Position numbers and translations under genes: made by a program. The notes beneath the pieces are model-generated. The model saw nothing but the letters and a program-made list of their open reading frames with translations. It was not told the origin of the DNA and searched no databases. This document shows positions 49,521 to 60,385 of a stretch of DNA of 64,000 nt, in pieces; the first letter of the stretch is position 1, and every line of letters begins with the position of its first letter. Source of the DNA: Octopus sinensis (taxonomy: Eukaryota); NCBI RefSeq assembly GCF_006345805.1, contig NC_043000.1, forward strand, positions 140,430,001 to 140,494,000, given 5' to 3'.

Positions 49521-49639
49521 ATATATATATATATAAATTATATGAAGGAAAAAGCAAATTCCTTCAAGGGGATGTAAAACATACAATTCTCACTGGTACA
49601 TCAGTTGAAGATCACAAATAAAAAGGTATAATTTCAATA

Positions 49640-51194
49640 TAAAAATATTAAATGAAATAGAGAAATACAATTGATATACTAAAACATTTTTTACATTATA
49701 AAATGATAAAATATATTATAAAAAGATATAATATGATATAATATAACATAACACAAGAAACTATTAAAGCAAATATAAAACAAACAATTCGTTTCAACTC
49801 ACATACACAAGTGAATTTGTAAAAAAATTCACATCTATGTATATAAGTCTCCTCAGGGCATTCATTCAAAAGACAGGCAAAAATTCCATGTAAGGACTGC
49901 TAAATTTCAAAATAGACTGATTAAAAAAAATGTGCATTTAGAAGCGTGAGCATTAATAATTGAAATATATAATAAATACAATAAATGGAACAACAAAATT
50001 CAAATGGATAAAATAATTAAATAAAGAAAATTTACAATGGTCATAAAATATTCTTATGGATCTTCAATATTTTTAATGGAAAAATATTTTAATCAAATGA
50101 TTCACTGACCATTTTATATCTATACCTATATAATATGTAATATATTAAAAATTAATGATGGAGAGGGAAATATATTTCATTTAAAATTTCTATATATTAT
50201 GATGAAAAAAAGATAAATAAATATGGATATATTTAATTCAAACACTATATTCAATAAAAAATGTCTTTATCGACAATTCATTCACTCAAGATTTTGCTAC
50301 CAAATACGCCAATGTTAAACAAATGTATAAAGTTACTGTTATTATAAAAGCCATACCATTTCTTACTTAGTAATGATAATAGTATAATAATTTTACTTAA
50401 TTTTACAGAAGGAAATAAATTAAGTTAATCCAATATTTTTATTCTATGAATTTACTTGCGTATACAAGTTAGAAAGGATATTACTATATCTACTAAATAT
50501 TATAGGTACTACACAAAATATTCATATATACATAATTATTCAAAAAGATATATAATTATATATAATGATAATATATAGTATAATTACTCTTATTTATTTA
50601 TTCGTACTAATGTAAACATTATTCTAAGTAACGAACAAGTAAAAAATACAAATTTATTTAGTTTATCAGAGGAAATACTTCAATAAATCAGATAAACAAA
50701 AGCGTAAAACAACGATAATTACAAACTATATTACTTCTTAGATGAAGAGAAAATAAAATTTAAATGCAAAACATCATAATTTCACTTAGTTCTTCAGAAG
50801 GAACTAGATTAGAGTAAGCCAATACTTATATTATTCTAAAATCATTATATGTATACAAGTTTGAAAGAACATCATATGAGGAAATATACTAAACTTAATA
50901 GGTACCACAATAAATATACATATATATATAATTATTTAAAAATATATATAATTATATATAATAAATATTCCAATTTATTTATTTGTATGTATATATATAT
51001 ATATATATATATAAAGTTAATCCAAACAATAAAGCACAAAAAAACACAACGCAAGGACGTGGAACAAATATAGTATTATTGGACGCTCAGGAAAGAGGGA
51101 AAGAAGGAGGGTTTAATGTTTCGAGCGGAGCTCTTCGCCGGAAACATAGGAGAAGGGAAGAGCGAGAAAAAAAATCGCCAACGGTACACACGAG

Positions 51195-51228
<34 letters not shown>

Positions 51229-51685
51229 ATTATTCCTAGTAAATAACAAGTACAAAATACCACATCACTTAGTTTATCAGAGGCAAAAGTATCTCTGTAA
51301 ATCAAAGTTTATATATTAATTAGTTACAGAAAAATAGCTGGACATATGTACTTAATTTTGATCACGATAGGGCCTTATATGAAATTATTAATTTATTGTT
51401 TGAATCAGTCTATTTTGAAATTTAACAATCCTTACATAGAATTTTTGTCATTTTTTTTAACAAATGCCCTGAGAAGACTTATATACATAGATGTGAATTT
51501 TTTAATAAATTCACTAGTGTATATGAATCAAAACAAATTGTTGGCTTTATATTTGTTTTTATAAGTTCTTATGTTATGTCATATTACATTATATTATATC
51601 TTTTTATATTATATTATATTATATTATAATGTAAATAAATTTTAGTATGTCAATTGTATTTCTCTATTTCATTTAATATTTATAT
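49640..51685. repeat. AT-rich inverted homology, 49640-49925 versus 51400-51685
   Basis: AAATATTAAATGAAATAGAGAAATACAATTG and AATTCACATCTATGTATATAAGTC blocks in opposite orientation; related to 15310-15560. Confidence 0.75.
51012..51195 (-). mobile_element. Penelope-like LTR-type unit with a mutated hammerhead (51111-51145)
   Basis: GTTT-CCGGCGA-A-GAGC(TCC)GCTC-GAAACAT-T-AAAC. Confidence 0.65.
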
Positions 51686-51886
51686 ATATATATAAAAATA
51701 ATATATAAATATAAAAATATACATACATATATATATATATATATTTGTATATATATATGAAATTTATAAGTTTAAATTATTTAAATAATTTTTTATTTTT
51801 AACTTTTATATTTTAAATTAATTTTATGTATTGTCTTATGTTTTTCACTGTTTGATTTGCCTAATAGTGGTTTTATCTCTAATTTA

Positions 51887-51946
<60 letters not shown>

Positions 51947-52241
51947 AACAGACAGACAGTCAGAATGTTGGATGATTATATATATTTTTTATTTACATTT
52001 TTAGTGCTTTCTTCCATTAGCGAATTTATCAAAAAGTGGTTTAAAGTTAGTTTTCTTGGCCTTTTTATATATGAAAAAATTGTGTGATTTGCCAAGCTAA
52101 GGAGAAGAAACAAGAAAAAAGTTTGAGAAGGAGGGGGAGGTAAAGAGGCGTGGCTTTTGTATTGGTAATGATTAGACTTGTTTGTTCAATACTTAGTGAC
52201 CTTTTGGGGTGAGGAAGAAATATAATTTTGCATTTGGATTG

Positions 52242-52505
52242 GTCAAGGTTTTTAATTGAAGAACTAGATGTTGTTTTTGACTTCTGTAAAAATTATAATT
52301 GCATTTCCATGTCTGGTTTCCATTCATTAATATGGGGGAGGTAGAGAGTCGTGGTTTTTGTATTAGTGTGGTCAAATTTGCTTAATTAGGTTTAATTAGG
52401 GTCGTTTGGGTGGAGAATGAAAGGACTTTTTGTAGTAGTCAAGGTTTTTAATTGAAAAATCAGTTGTTTTTGACTTTCTTCAGTAAAAATTATAATTGCA
52501 TTCTT
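52242..52505. repeat. Two diverged 65-bp direct repeats about 196 bp apart
   Basis: GTCAAGGTTTTTAATTGAA...GTAAAAATTATAATTGCATT occurs twice. Confidence 0.75.
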
Positions 52506-52640
52506 GTTTATTTATTTTTTTGTATTCATTAACAAATGGTTGTATGGATCTGGTCAACCTTTTTTGATTGAAATTCATGATGTTTTCAATGTAGTTGTTT
52601 TTGAAAGAGTGATTTTGAGTACACTATACACTCACACAGC

Positions 52641-52686
<46 letters not shown>

Positions 52687-54083
52687 GTATGTTACATTAC
52701 ATGATAGTCAAGATAAAACTCTGAGTTTCAGATGCCGAAGTGGGAATCTATGATGCCATCTCTTCGGTTATCTGGCTATTTGAAAACGCTATGGAAAAAT
52801 ACTGTTATATAAAGGGAAATTACTGTGTTATAACTCTGCTTGCCTGCGTACTTATACATCGCTATGTAAACGTACACATCTTCACTCGCATTTTTCGCCA
52901 TAAAAAAATTATATATATGTAACTGAAAACACACACACATTCAAAGATGTCTATATATGTACATATGCATATGTATGTACACATACACACACCATACATA
53001 CATAAGTACACATTATGAATTTTTAAAAATAGTTTATTAATATAATTAAAGATTCATCTATGTGGTTAAATAAACTTAGAAAGATTTGGTTATTTTAGCC
53101 ACTACTCTTGATTTTTGTCTGAATATTTGTGCTTCAAACTGCAAAATGGAATTTGAAAAAAAACAATGCACAATGCTGACTCACATATATTTACAAGTTC
53201 ATCTATTCCTGGATGGTTGTTTTGTTTTGGATACATTTTAAAGCTCCAGCCTCCAATTTTTTAAAGAAGAAAGAGAGCCAAGTACAGAAGAGGGAAAACA
53301 GCTGTTTTTATAGAATTTCAGAATCTGGTGTGTTTTGCAAGGTCCAACAACAATGTGGTAAAAAGGTTTTAGCAATGGTTTAAGATCGTCTTTAACATAT
53401 ATACAATCAAATTAAATGTAGGAATTCTCATAGATGGAATTTCAAAAATATAGTTATGTTAATTTTTATTGAAGACTTTTTCTGAAGTATAGTTCCATTA
53501 TCTTTTAGAAGTTTGAATTTCCTTCTCCACATATTTCCAAATGTTTCCTTTTATCATCCATTTAATTTTGGTGAGAATTTCTTTGTGAAATGTAGCTCTA
53601 TTGTTTTTCAGAAGTTTGGGTCATTCCTTGAGCATTTGTTAAAAGGGAAGATCTTTTCTCTTCTTTCTTCTCCCTTGCTTGGTAAAGCCCACAATTTTTT
53701 ATACATAAAAAGGCTAAGAAATTTTTATATATAAAAAGGCTTTTGATAAATCTGCTAATGGAAGAAAGTGCTAAAAATGTAAATAAAAATATATAAAATC
53801 ATCCACATTCTGACTACCTTATCTTTCAATATATACATATATATATATATACGAGAAAGAAGCAAGAAGAATGGATTGGTTTTTAGTACAATTGTTTCAT
53901 ACAAAGACAGGCTTTATTACAAGTTGCAAAAATTGCAGCAGATAAAAGCGAATTCTCAACATAGCAGTTTTGCATGGAGAGCAATAACATGGCAAATTAC
54001 CTTATCATATAGCATGAAATGATTGTGGATTAATAATGGTTAAATACATCGTCTGTGAGTGTGAAATCCCTCATCTTACCACT

Positions 54084-54275
54084 GGAAATGTAAATCTTCA
54101 CTATGGATTAATTCACCTTTTCTTTGAAGCTAATAAGTCTTTAAAAACCTGTGATAAGTCTGTGCATCATCCTCTTCATATCTCTGGAAATTTAAATCTA
54201 CATTATGGATTGATTCATCTTCTCTTCGAAACTAATAAGTTTTTTAAAAATCTGTGATAAGACTGTGCATCATCA
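54084..54275 (+). repeat. Two copies of a 102-bp (34-codon) unit
   Basis: GGAAAT(G/T)TAAATCT at 54084 and 54186. Confidence 0.9.
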
Positions 54276-54387
54276 TTAAGGAACTTTGGAAAACTGTTTA
54301 CAACCTATATCTGCTTCTAATGGAACTATCTCCAATATCTCATGAGTATAACCTCACCCACTAAGATGTCTAGAGAACTCAAATGTA

Positions 54388-54478
54388 TTTTAGCTGATGA
54401 GTACGGGACGCTTTTATCTGCTGCAATTTTTGCAACTTGTAATAAAGCCTGTCTTTGTATGAAACAATTGTACTAAAA
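54388..54478 (+). ncRNA. Predicted type I hammerhead ribozyme with extended stem II
   Basis: Stem I TTTTAG/CTAAAA; core CTGATGA 54394-54400; stem II GTAC/GTAT, GGGAC/GTCTT, GCTTT(T)AT/ATAAAGC, TGCAA/TTGCA; GAAA 54461; palindromic ACAATTGT; GUA cleavage after 54472. Confidence 0.75.
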
Positions 54479-54624
54479 ACCAATCCATTCTTGTTGCTTC
54501 TTTCTCGTTTATAATCACCCCACATTACTGTATGGATAACACCATATAGTTTTTCTGGTGCATCTAAGTTAAGTACCACATTCAAGTAAATTCATTGGAA
54601 GTTACTTGAATCTTAATTGCTTTG

Positions 54625-54655
<31 letters not shown>

Positions 54656-55550
54656 CAAGTGGGTATCCAAAAGAAACTGGAATTTTGCATTCTTATTTTA
54701 TTTACTTAGTTTACATGTTGACACCTTTTTTGCCTTCAAAATATTCTACTTCTGAAGCAATGCATCGGTCCAGATGCTTTTTCCACTGTTCGAAGCAGTG
54801 CTGGAACTCTTGCGAAGTGATGCCTTTTAATGCCTCCATTGTTTTATTCTTCACCTCTTTCACATCTACAAATTCTCTAGCACCAGCTTTCACCAGTGTT
54901 GACATTTAAAAAAAAGTCAAGATCAACTTCCGATTGTTCTTTCAGTTCATGACTTGCATTCAGTTGTGACTGTTTTTGATCTTCAGTGAGCAAGTGAGCC
55001 ACAAATTCTGTTGCAACATATTTCATTCACAATTTGTCACTCAAAATTCATTGACAGAAGCCCCAGGACACTCTATTCCTATCAACATGTTCGTCAACTG
55101 TTTGGTGATGGTCCTCCAAGATCAGTTCATGAATTTTCATGATGTTTCATGTGTTCAGAAGGTCGACGGTCACCCTGAATGAGATCGATTTTCCAGCAAC
55201 AAGTAACCATTCCTAAAGCATGAAAACCAATTGTAAATTTGTGTTTTGCTCATAGCAGTCTCCTTGTTAGCTGCTTCAAGCATGACAACTGTTGTGGCCA
55301 CAGTTTACCCCAACAGAAAACAGAGTTTCATAGAATCTTGTTGTTCCTTTGTTTCAGCCATTGCAAACATCGACGAACAAGAGAGAACCACTGCAAAACA
55401 AAGACACTCCATGTGACAGTGCGACCCCAGCTGACACCGCTGTTCAGGAGACTGATGCCTGAGGGTTGCTTCTAGTCACTGAAGCCGAACCCACAAAGGT
55501 GTTGTCCTATAGACACACAATGTTTCCAATGACTTTTGGCTACCCCCTCA
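54656..55550 (-). mobile_element. Internally deleted mariner with diverged TIRs and TA flanks
   Basis: FVDVKEVKNKTMEALKGITSQEFQHCFEQWKKHLDRCIASEVEYFEG; ends TA-CAAGTGGGTATCCAAAAG and TA-TGAGGGGGTAGCCAAAAG. Confidence 0.85.
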
Positions 55551-55842
55551 TATATGTATATCTATATATGTATATGTATATATATATATACAAAACGATG
55601 AATAGCCTTCGCGTAAACCACTGGTTCGTTTTGTTCTCTTACTTTATTATCATCTTATAATCATCTCATAATAATGACCTTTATGACCCGTATTACTACC
55701 TCAGTCAATCTAAATGTATATATTTGTCACTACCTGTCATAAAGAGCCTTTTTCTATTTGCAATATGCATTTTCGTTGATTTTTCATATTTTACCCTTAC
55801 ATTTCCACGTGTATTTTATATTTTCTTTTCATAACATATTTC

Positions 55843-55880
<38 letters not shown>

Positions 55881-55887
<7 letters not shown>

Positions 55888-56425
55888 TAGATAAACTTAG
55901 ATATGTTTCGACCAAAGATTGGTCCAGGCCATGTCTAACTTAATAGCACCACCTGATAGGATTATTCGAATCCTGTTTAAGTCAAGTTTTGTTCAAGTAG
56001 TGAGTTCTTGTTGGGTGAGTTGTATCCAATTATGAGTGGCTTATCTGGTATTCTTTGGAGGAATCTATCCAGACTCCATTTAAAGTTAATGGGATCCTTT
56101 TCCTCTTTGATCTCCCTCGTGACAATGTTAAATAGGACAGGGCCTGTTGAGGAAAAGAAATTATGTTGCAGTGTACATGTATGTTGTGATCTTGAATTGG
56201 GCAGGGGACGTATGGCCCGTGGTCCCAGTCTTGGATGAACCTTGAAGCTAATGTTCAGGTCGTTTGGGCAAAGTTAGCGGTATATTCTCCACATCGTACA
56301 AATGATGTACCGCTCACAGCGACGCTGGAGAGAGTAGAGTTTCAAGGCTTTGAGGCGATCCCAATAATCGAGAGCAGCCATGCCTCCAATTCGTTTAGTG
56401 AGTGCCCTCTGGGGTGACTCAATTC
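55881..56425 (-). mobile_element. 5'-truncated CR1/L2-group LINE
   Basis: RIESPQRALTKRI...LDYWDRLKALKLYSLQRRCERYII...GPVLFNI...LDRFLQRIPDKP; (CTAAGTTTAT)n tail. Confidence 0.85.
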
Positions 56426-56428
56426 TGG

Positions 56429-56459
<31 letters not shown>

Positions 56460-56714
56460 TATATATGTATGTATGTATGTATGTATATCGTATACATTCA
56501 TATCAGAATATTTTGGTGGTTGCAACTGAGTATAAATATGTGTGCATGGGAATACACACACACGTTTGTGGTCAAATAAATTTGTACATCTATGAATGGA
56601 TATGTGTATTGTTATGCTTATATATTATTTATACATTTATATCTGTATGTAGTATGTTTCTAGATGCATTGGTAGCATGTAAGCATTTATCTGCAATCCT
56701 ATCCTATTTCTTGA

Positions 56715-56960
56715 ATGTTTGGTAGTTGAGGCAGTTATCATTGACCCCACAGCCAGATTTCACCACTTCTCTCAATCTTCAACTGCTCTCTGTAAGTCAG
56801 CTGAATTGAAGCCTGTCCACTCTTTGATGTTACAAATCCTATCTTTTTTTTGGTCTGCCTTGCTTTTGTACACCATCCACTGTACCTTGCTGGATTGTTT
56901 TTGTTTGGCCACAGTTTCTTGTGACATAGCCATCCCATTTCAGCTTCTTGTCCGCAATAA
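56715..56960 (-). mobile_element. Old RTE/BovB-like 3' fragment
   Basis: Frameshifted TKTIQQGTVDGVQKQGRPKK...IKEWTGL...RAVED. Confidence 0.7.
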
Positions 56961-58749
56961 TATAATATTAATACAAATAGCCAAGCTAGGAACAAACCAA
57001 GAAACCCAATAGATATTTATAGGAAGACTCTTCAATCCCAAACTTTCTAAATCACTCTGTATACAATTTCTGAATAGAAATTTAATAACATCAATATTTA
57101 TTTAATCTAAGTATCATCTAAGCTGTGTGACCAATTAATTTATTTACAAACAATTTTTGTGACCCCTTAAAATGCAAAAAAACAAAATTTCTATATAAAA
57201 ATTTTCATAACCCAAATTTGATACACCTGAATTAACAAACCTGAATTTGACCATGCGTTTACGAAGTTACTTCCATGCTTAACTGAACTGTAAACAATAA
57301 CAATATTCTTAAATGAAACCAGATGAGTTTCCAAGCATAACTTTCTGTTAATCCACACTTTATAAACATATATTTTGCTTTTATTCTCCTCTATCTATCT
57401 TCCTACACAATCACTTCTCCAGTCTACCTAACCACACCTAATTATAATGTCACATTGTTCTACCGAGCCCCAACAAAAGTAACATTTCTGAAAACTATAT
57501 AAATGCAGAGCTAACCAAATTATAGATGTCTGATGAGGGGGAAATAGTCTGAAACTTGAAAGATATTGTCAGCTTTTCCTTGAAAACTTTAACACACATA
57601 AGATAGGTAGCTAACTAGTGAGATAGCTAGATACAGAGACAGACAAAGAGGTAGATAGACAGTCAGACAGCAAAAAAATCATGATCTAGTATTCAGTGAA
57701 TGGGCATCAAAATATGTCATGGGTTCAAATCCAAGTGTTGGCGGTGTGTTGCCTCTTAAGTAAAGTATGTTACTTTTTGTAGCCTCACTTCCCTTTAAAT
57801 GAAAATGAAATTGCTTATTTTTCATGGAAACCAAAATAAGTTCTGGCTTGTGACACACATTTTGTCTAATTTTATTACACACAAAAATAGCAATATTTCA
57901 ATAATATACTTACTGTTCATAACTCAGCGAATAATATTTGAGTGTGCACCTATGTAAATGTGTGTGTGTGCGCGCGCGTGTGTATGTGTGTGTGTGCATG
58001 TGCGTATGAGTGTATGAGTGTGTGTGTGTGTATGTGCATGTGTGTGTGTGTGTGTGTGCAAGCATGCACATTTTTTACTTTTGCTTTTGTATTTGCTTTG
58101 CAATATTCTTGATGTTAAATCGTATGTTGAAACAAACTTCGTTGTATCATTTTACCAATAAGAAACATGAGTTCGTTTTATTTTCCTTTCTTTTTATTTT
58201 CTCTTTTGTTTTTACTATTATTCAACTACTAAACTACAACTAAATAACAAATAGATTCATTGATTAATCAGTTGATTAATCAGTCAATCAGTGAGTCTGT
58301 CTGAGTCAGTTCATTGCTTTCCACTATATCATAAAAGACTTCCTCTCATTACGTCTTGGACTGTCCCACTGTCTCCAAACTCTTTCCAGTTTAAAAACAA
58401 TGAGACGAACAGTCTACATATAGACTAATTCCACTTGGACATTATTCTCGCCTGGATTGTTCCTTTGACATTTTTTCCAGTGATTTCCCATCTTTCATCA
58501 TATTTTACCTTTTATCTTTACAGACACACAAACAGAAACACAAACACATATATACGTGCATACTCAACAGACATATAGATATGTTGATGGATGAAAAGAT
58601 CCTTTTATTTTCATGTCTGTAAAATTTTGATTAATAAGCATAAATAAAACAAATGTTGTGCATGAAGTTCTCATTTTTTCTCTTGGAAACATTCATGTCT
58701 TAACATCTCTTTCAGTCATTTTGTGTCTCTATCTCTTTCTCTCTGTGTG

Positions 58750-58960
58750 TACGCATGTATATGTATGTATGCATGTATGTATGTATGTATGTATGTATGT
58801 ATGCATGTATGTATGTATGCATGTATGTATGTATGTAATGTATGTATGTATGTATGTATGTATGTATGTATATGTATGTATGTATGTATGTAATGTATGT
58901 ATGTATGTATGTATTATGTATGTATGAATGTATATATGTATGTATGTATGTATGTATGCA
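58750..58960. repeat. (TATG)n microsatellite
   Basis: Direct. Confidence 0.95.
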
Positions 58961-59233
58961 AATAAATATTTATGTAATTATGTAATGTCTTTGATAAATA
59001 TTACCCAAACAATAGATATGTTTTCCAGACATATCCTTTTAATAATTTGATATTATATAGTAAAAATTAAAAAAAAACATATATGAATGACGTCACCAAA
59101 AACAACAAATCTAGTAGGCATTGCCATAGTAACAACTATATCAACAAACCCAATCACTATATCAACAGAAACAAATGCAGCAATCAATGGAAATAACAAT
59201 AATAGCAATAACTGTTTTAGTACATAGGCACTA

Positions 59234-59234
<1 letters not shown>

Positions 59235-59265
<31 letters not shown>

Positions 59266-59635
59266 CCATCGTTTAACGTCCGTTTTCCGTGCTAGCACGG
59301 GTTGGACAGTTCGACCAGGTTCTGGGAAGCCAGGAGGCTGCACTAGGCTCCAGTCAGATCTGGCAGTATTTCCTAACGCCAACCATTCCGTAAGTGTAGT
59401 GGGTGCTTTTTACCTGCCACCAGCACAGGTGCCAGGGGAGGCTGGCAGCAGTCACGATCGGTTGGTGCTTATTACGTGTCACTGGCACAGAAGCCAGTCA
59501 AGGCGGCACTGGCATCCGCTACGTTTGGATGGTGCTTTTTACGTGCCACCAGCACAGGTATCACAGCTACAATTTCCATTTGATTTTTATTTTGACGTTG
59601 ATGTACTTGACTCAATAGGTCTCCTCAAGCACGAT
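59235..59635 (-). mobile_element. RTE 3'UTR fragment with (GAT)n tail
   Basis: Homologous to 34553-35095, without the 63-bp array. Confidence 0.85.
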
Positions 59636-59904
59636 TCAAGGTAAGCACAGCAGTTATGATACGTATGCTTTTCCCCACAAAATTAGTCTTGAATTATTTT
59701 ATCATTTTACTAGTTTCAATCACTGGACTGTAGCCAAGTTGGGACACTGATCATAAACAGATTTGATTGGTGTCTGTGTTTATTAAAATCTGTTGCTTAT
59801 TTTATTCATCACTAATGAATGGGTAAATTATAGTTCAAAGCATCATCTTTAACTTCTCGTACACTAGTATAGTATAGTACATACACTAGTGTAAAGCATA
59901 TAAC

Positions 59905-60385
59905 AGACTTGATAAGATCTGGCACTCAAACCTTCCACCTACATTTAAAGTTAAAATATTTAGAACACTGATCCTTCTCTATGGATCAGAGACCTGGAGC
60001 TTACTGGCTCTCTTAGAAAAACAACTCAATGGAACATATATCAACCTGCCCAGAAAGATACAGAACATCAGTAGGAAATTACACCCAACACTTAGTAACA
60101 TCTACAGAAATCTAATACCAATATCCCTCAAGCTAAAGCAGAAACAGCTACAATTTGATGGCCACTGGCATCAAGCAGAAAAAGAGGTTATCTTATCCCT
60201 GCTCCTATGGCATTCCTCTCGAAGTATTTTCTCCAGATAAGTGACATTTCCAAATACTATATCTTGGGACTCATGGCTGGATATTAGAAATCTCAACATA
60301 GCAATGCAGGACCGTGTAGTGTGGAAAGGGATTGCCAATGGAGTTCCAATCAACCATAGGTTGGTCGAAGGATGATGACGATGAG
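59905..60385 (+). mobile_element. RTE-clade 3' fragment related to 47551-48100
   Basis: KIWHSNLPPTFKVKIF...LLYGSETWSL...QFDGH...MQDRVVW; GATGATGACGATG tail. Confidence 0.8.

Larger units (their letters stand above)
53851..54625 (+). mobile_element. Hammerhead-bearing cassette with 100-bp inverted repeat (53851-53950 / 54409-54508), flanked by (TA)n
   Basis: One mismatch between arms; layout like a Penelope inverted partial LTR. Confidence 0.8.

Noticed and set aside
50655-51290. Three CTGA(T/A)(A/G)AACTAA motifs on the minus strand
   Set aside because: No closable stems I or II.
52150-53760. Decayed Penelope RT/GIY-YIG ORF
   Set aside because: Coding-like texture on the minus strand but no diagnostic motif found.
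57520-57570. CTGATGAGGGGGAAATAGTCTGAAAC
   Set aside because: Core and GAAA are present but stem II is weak and there is no NUH or stem I; at best a dead relic.
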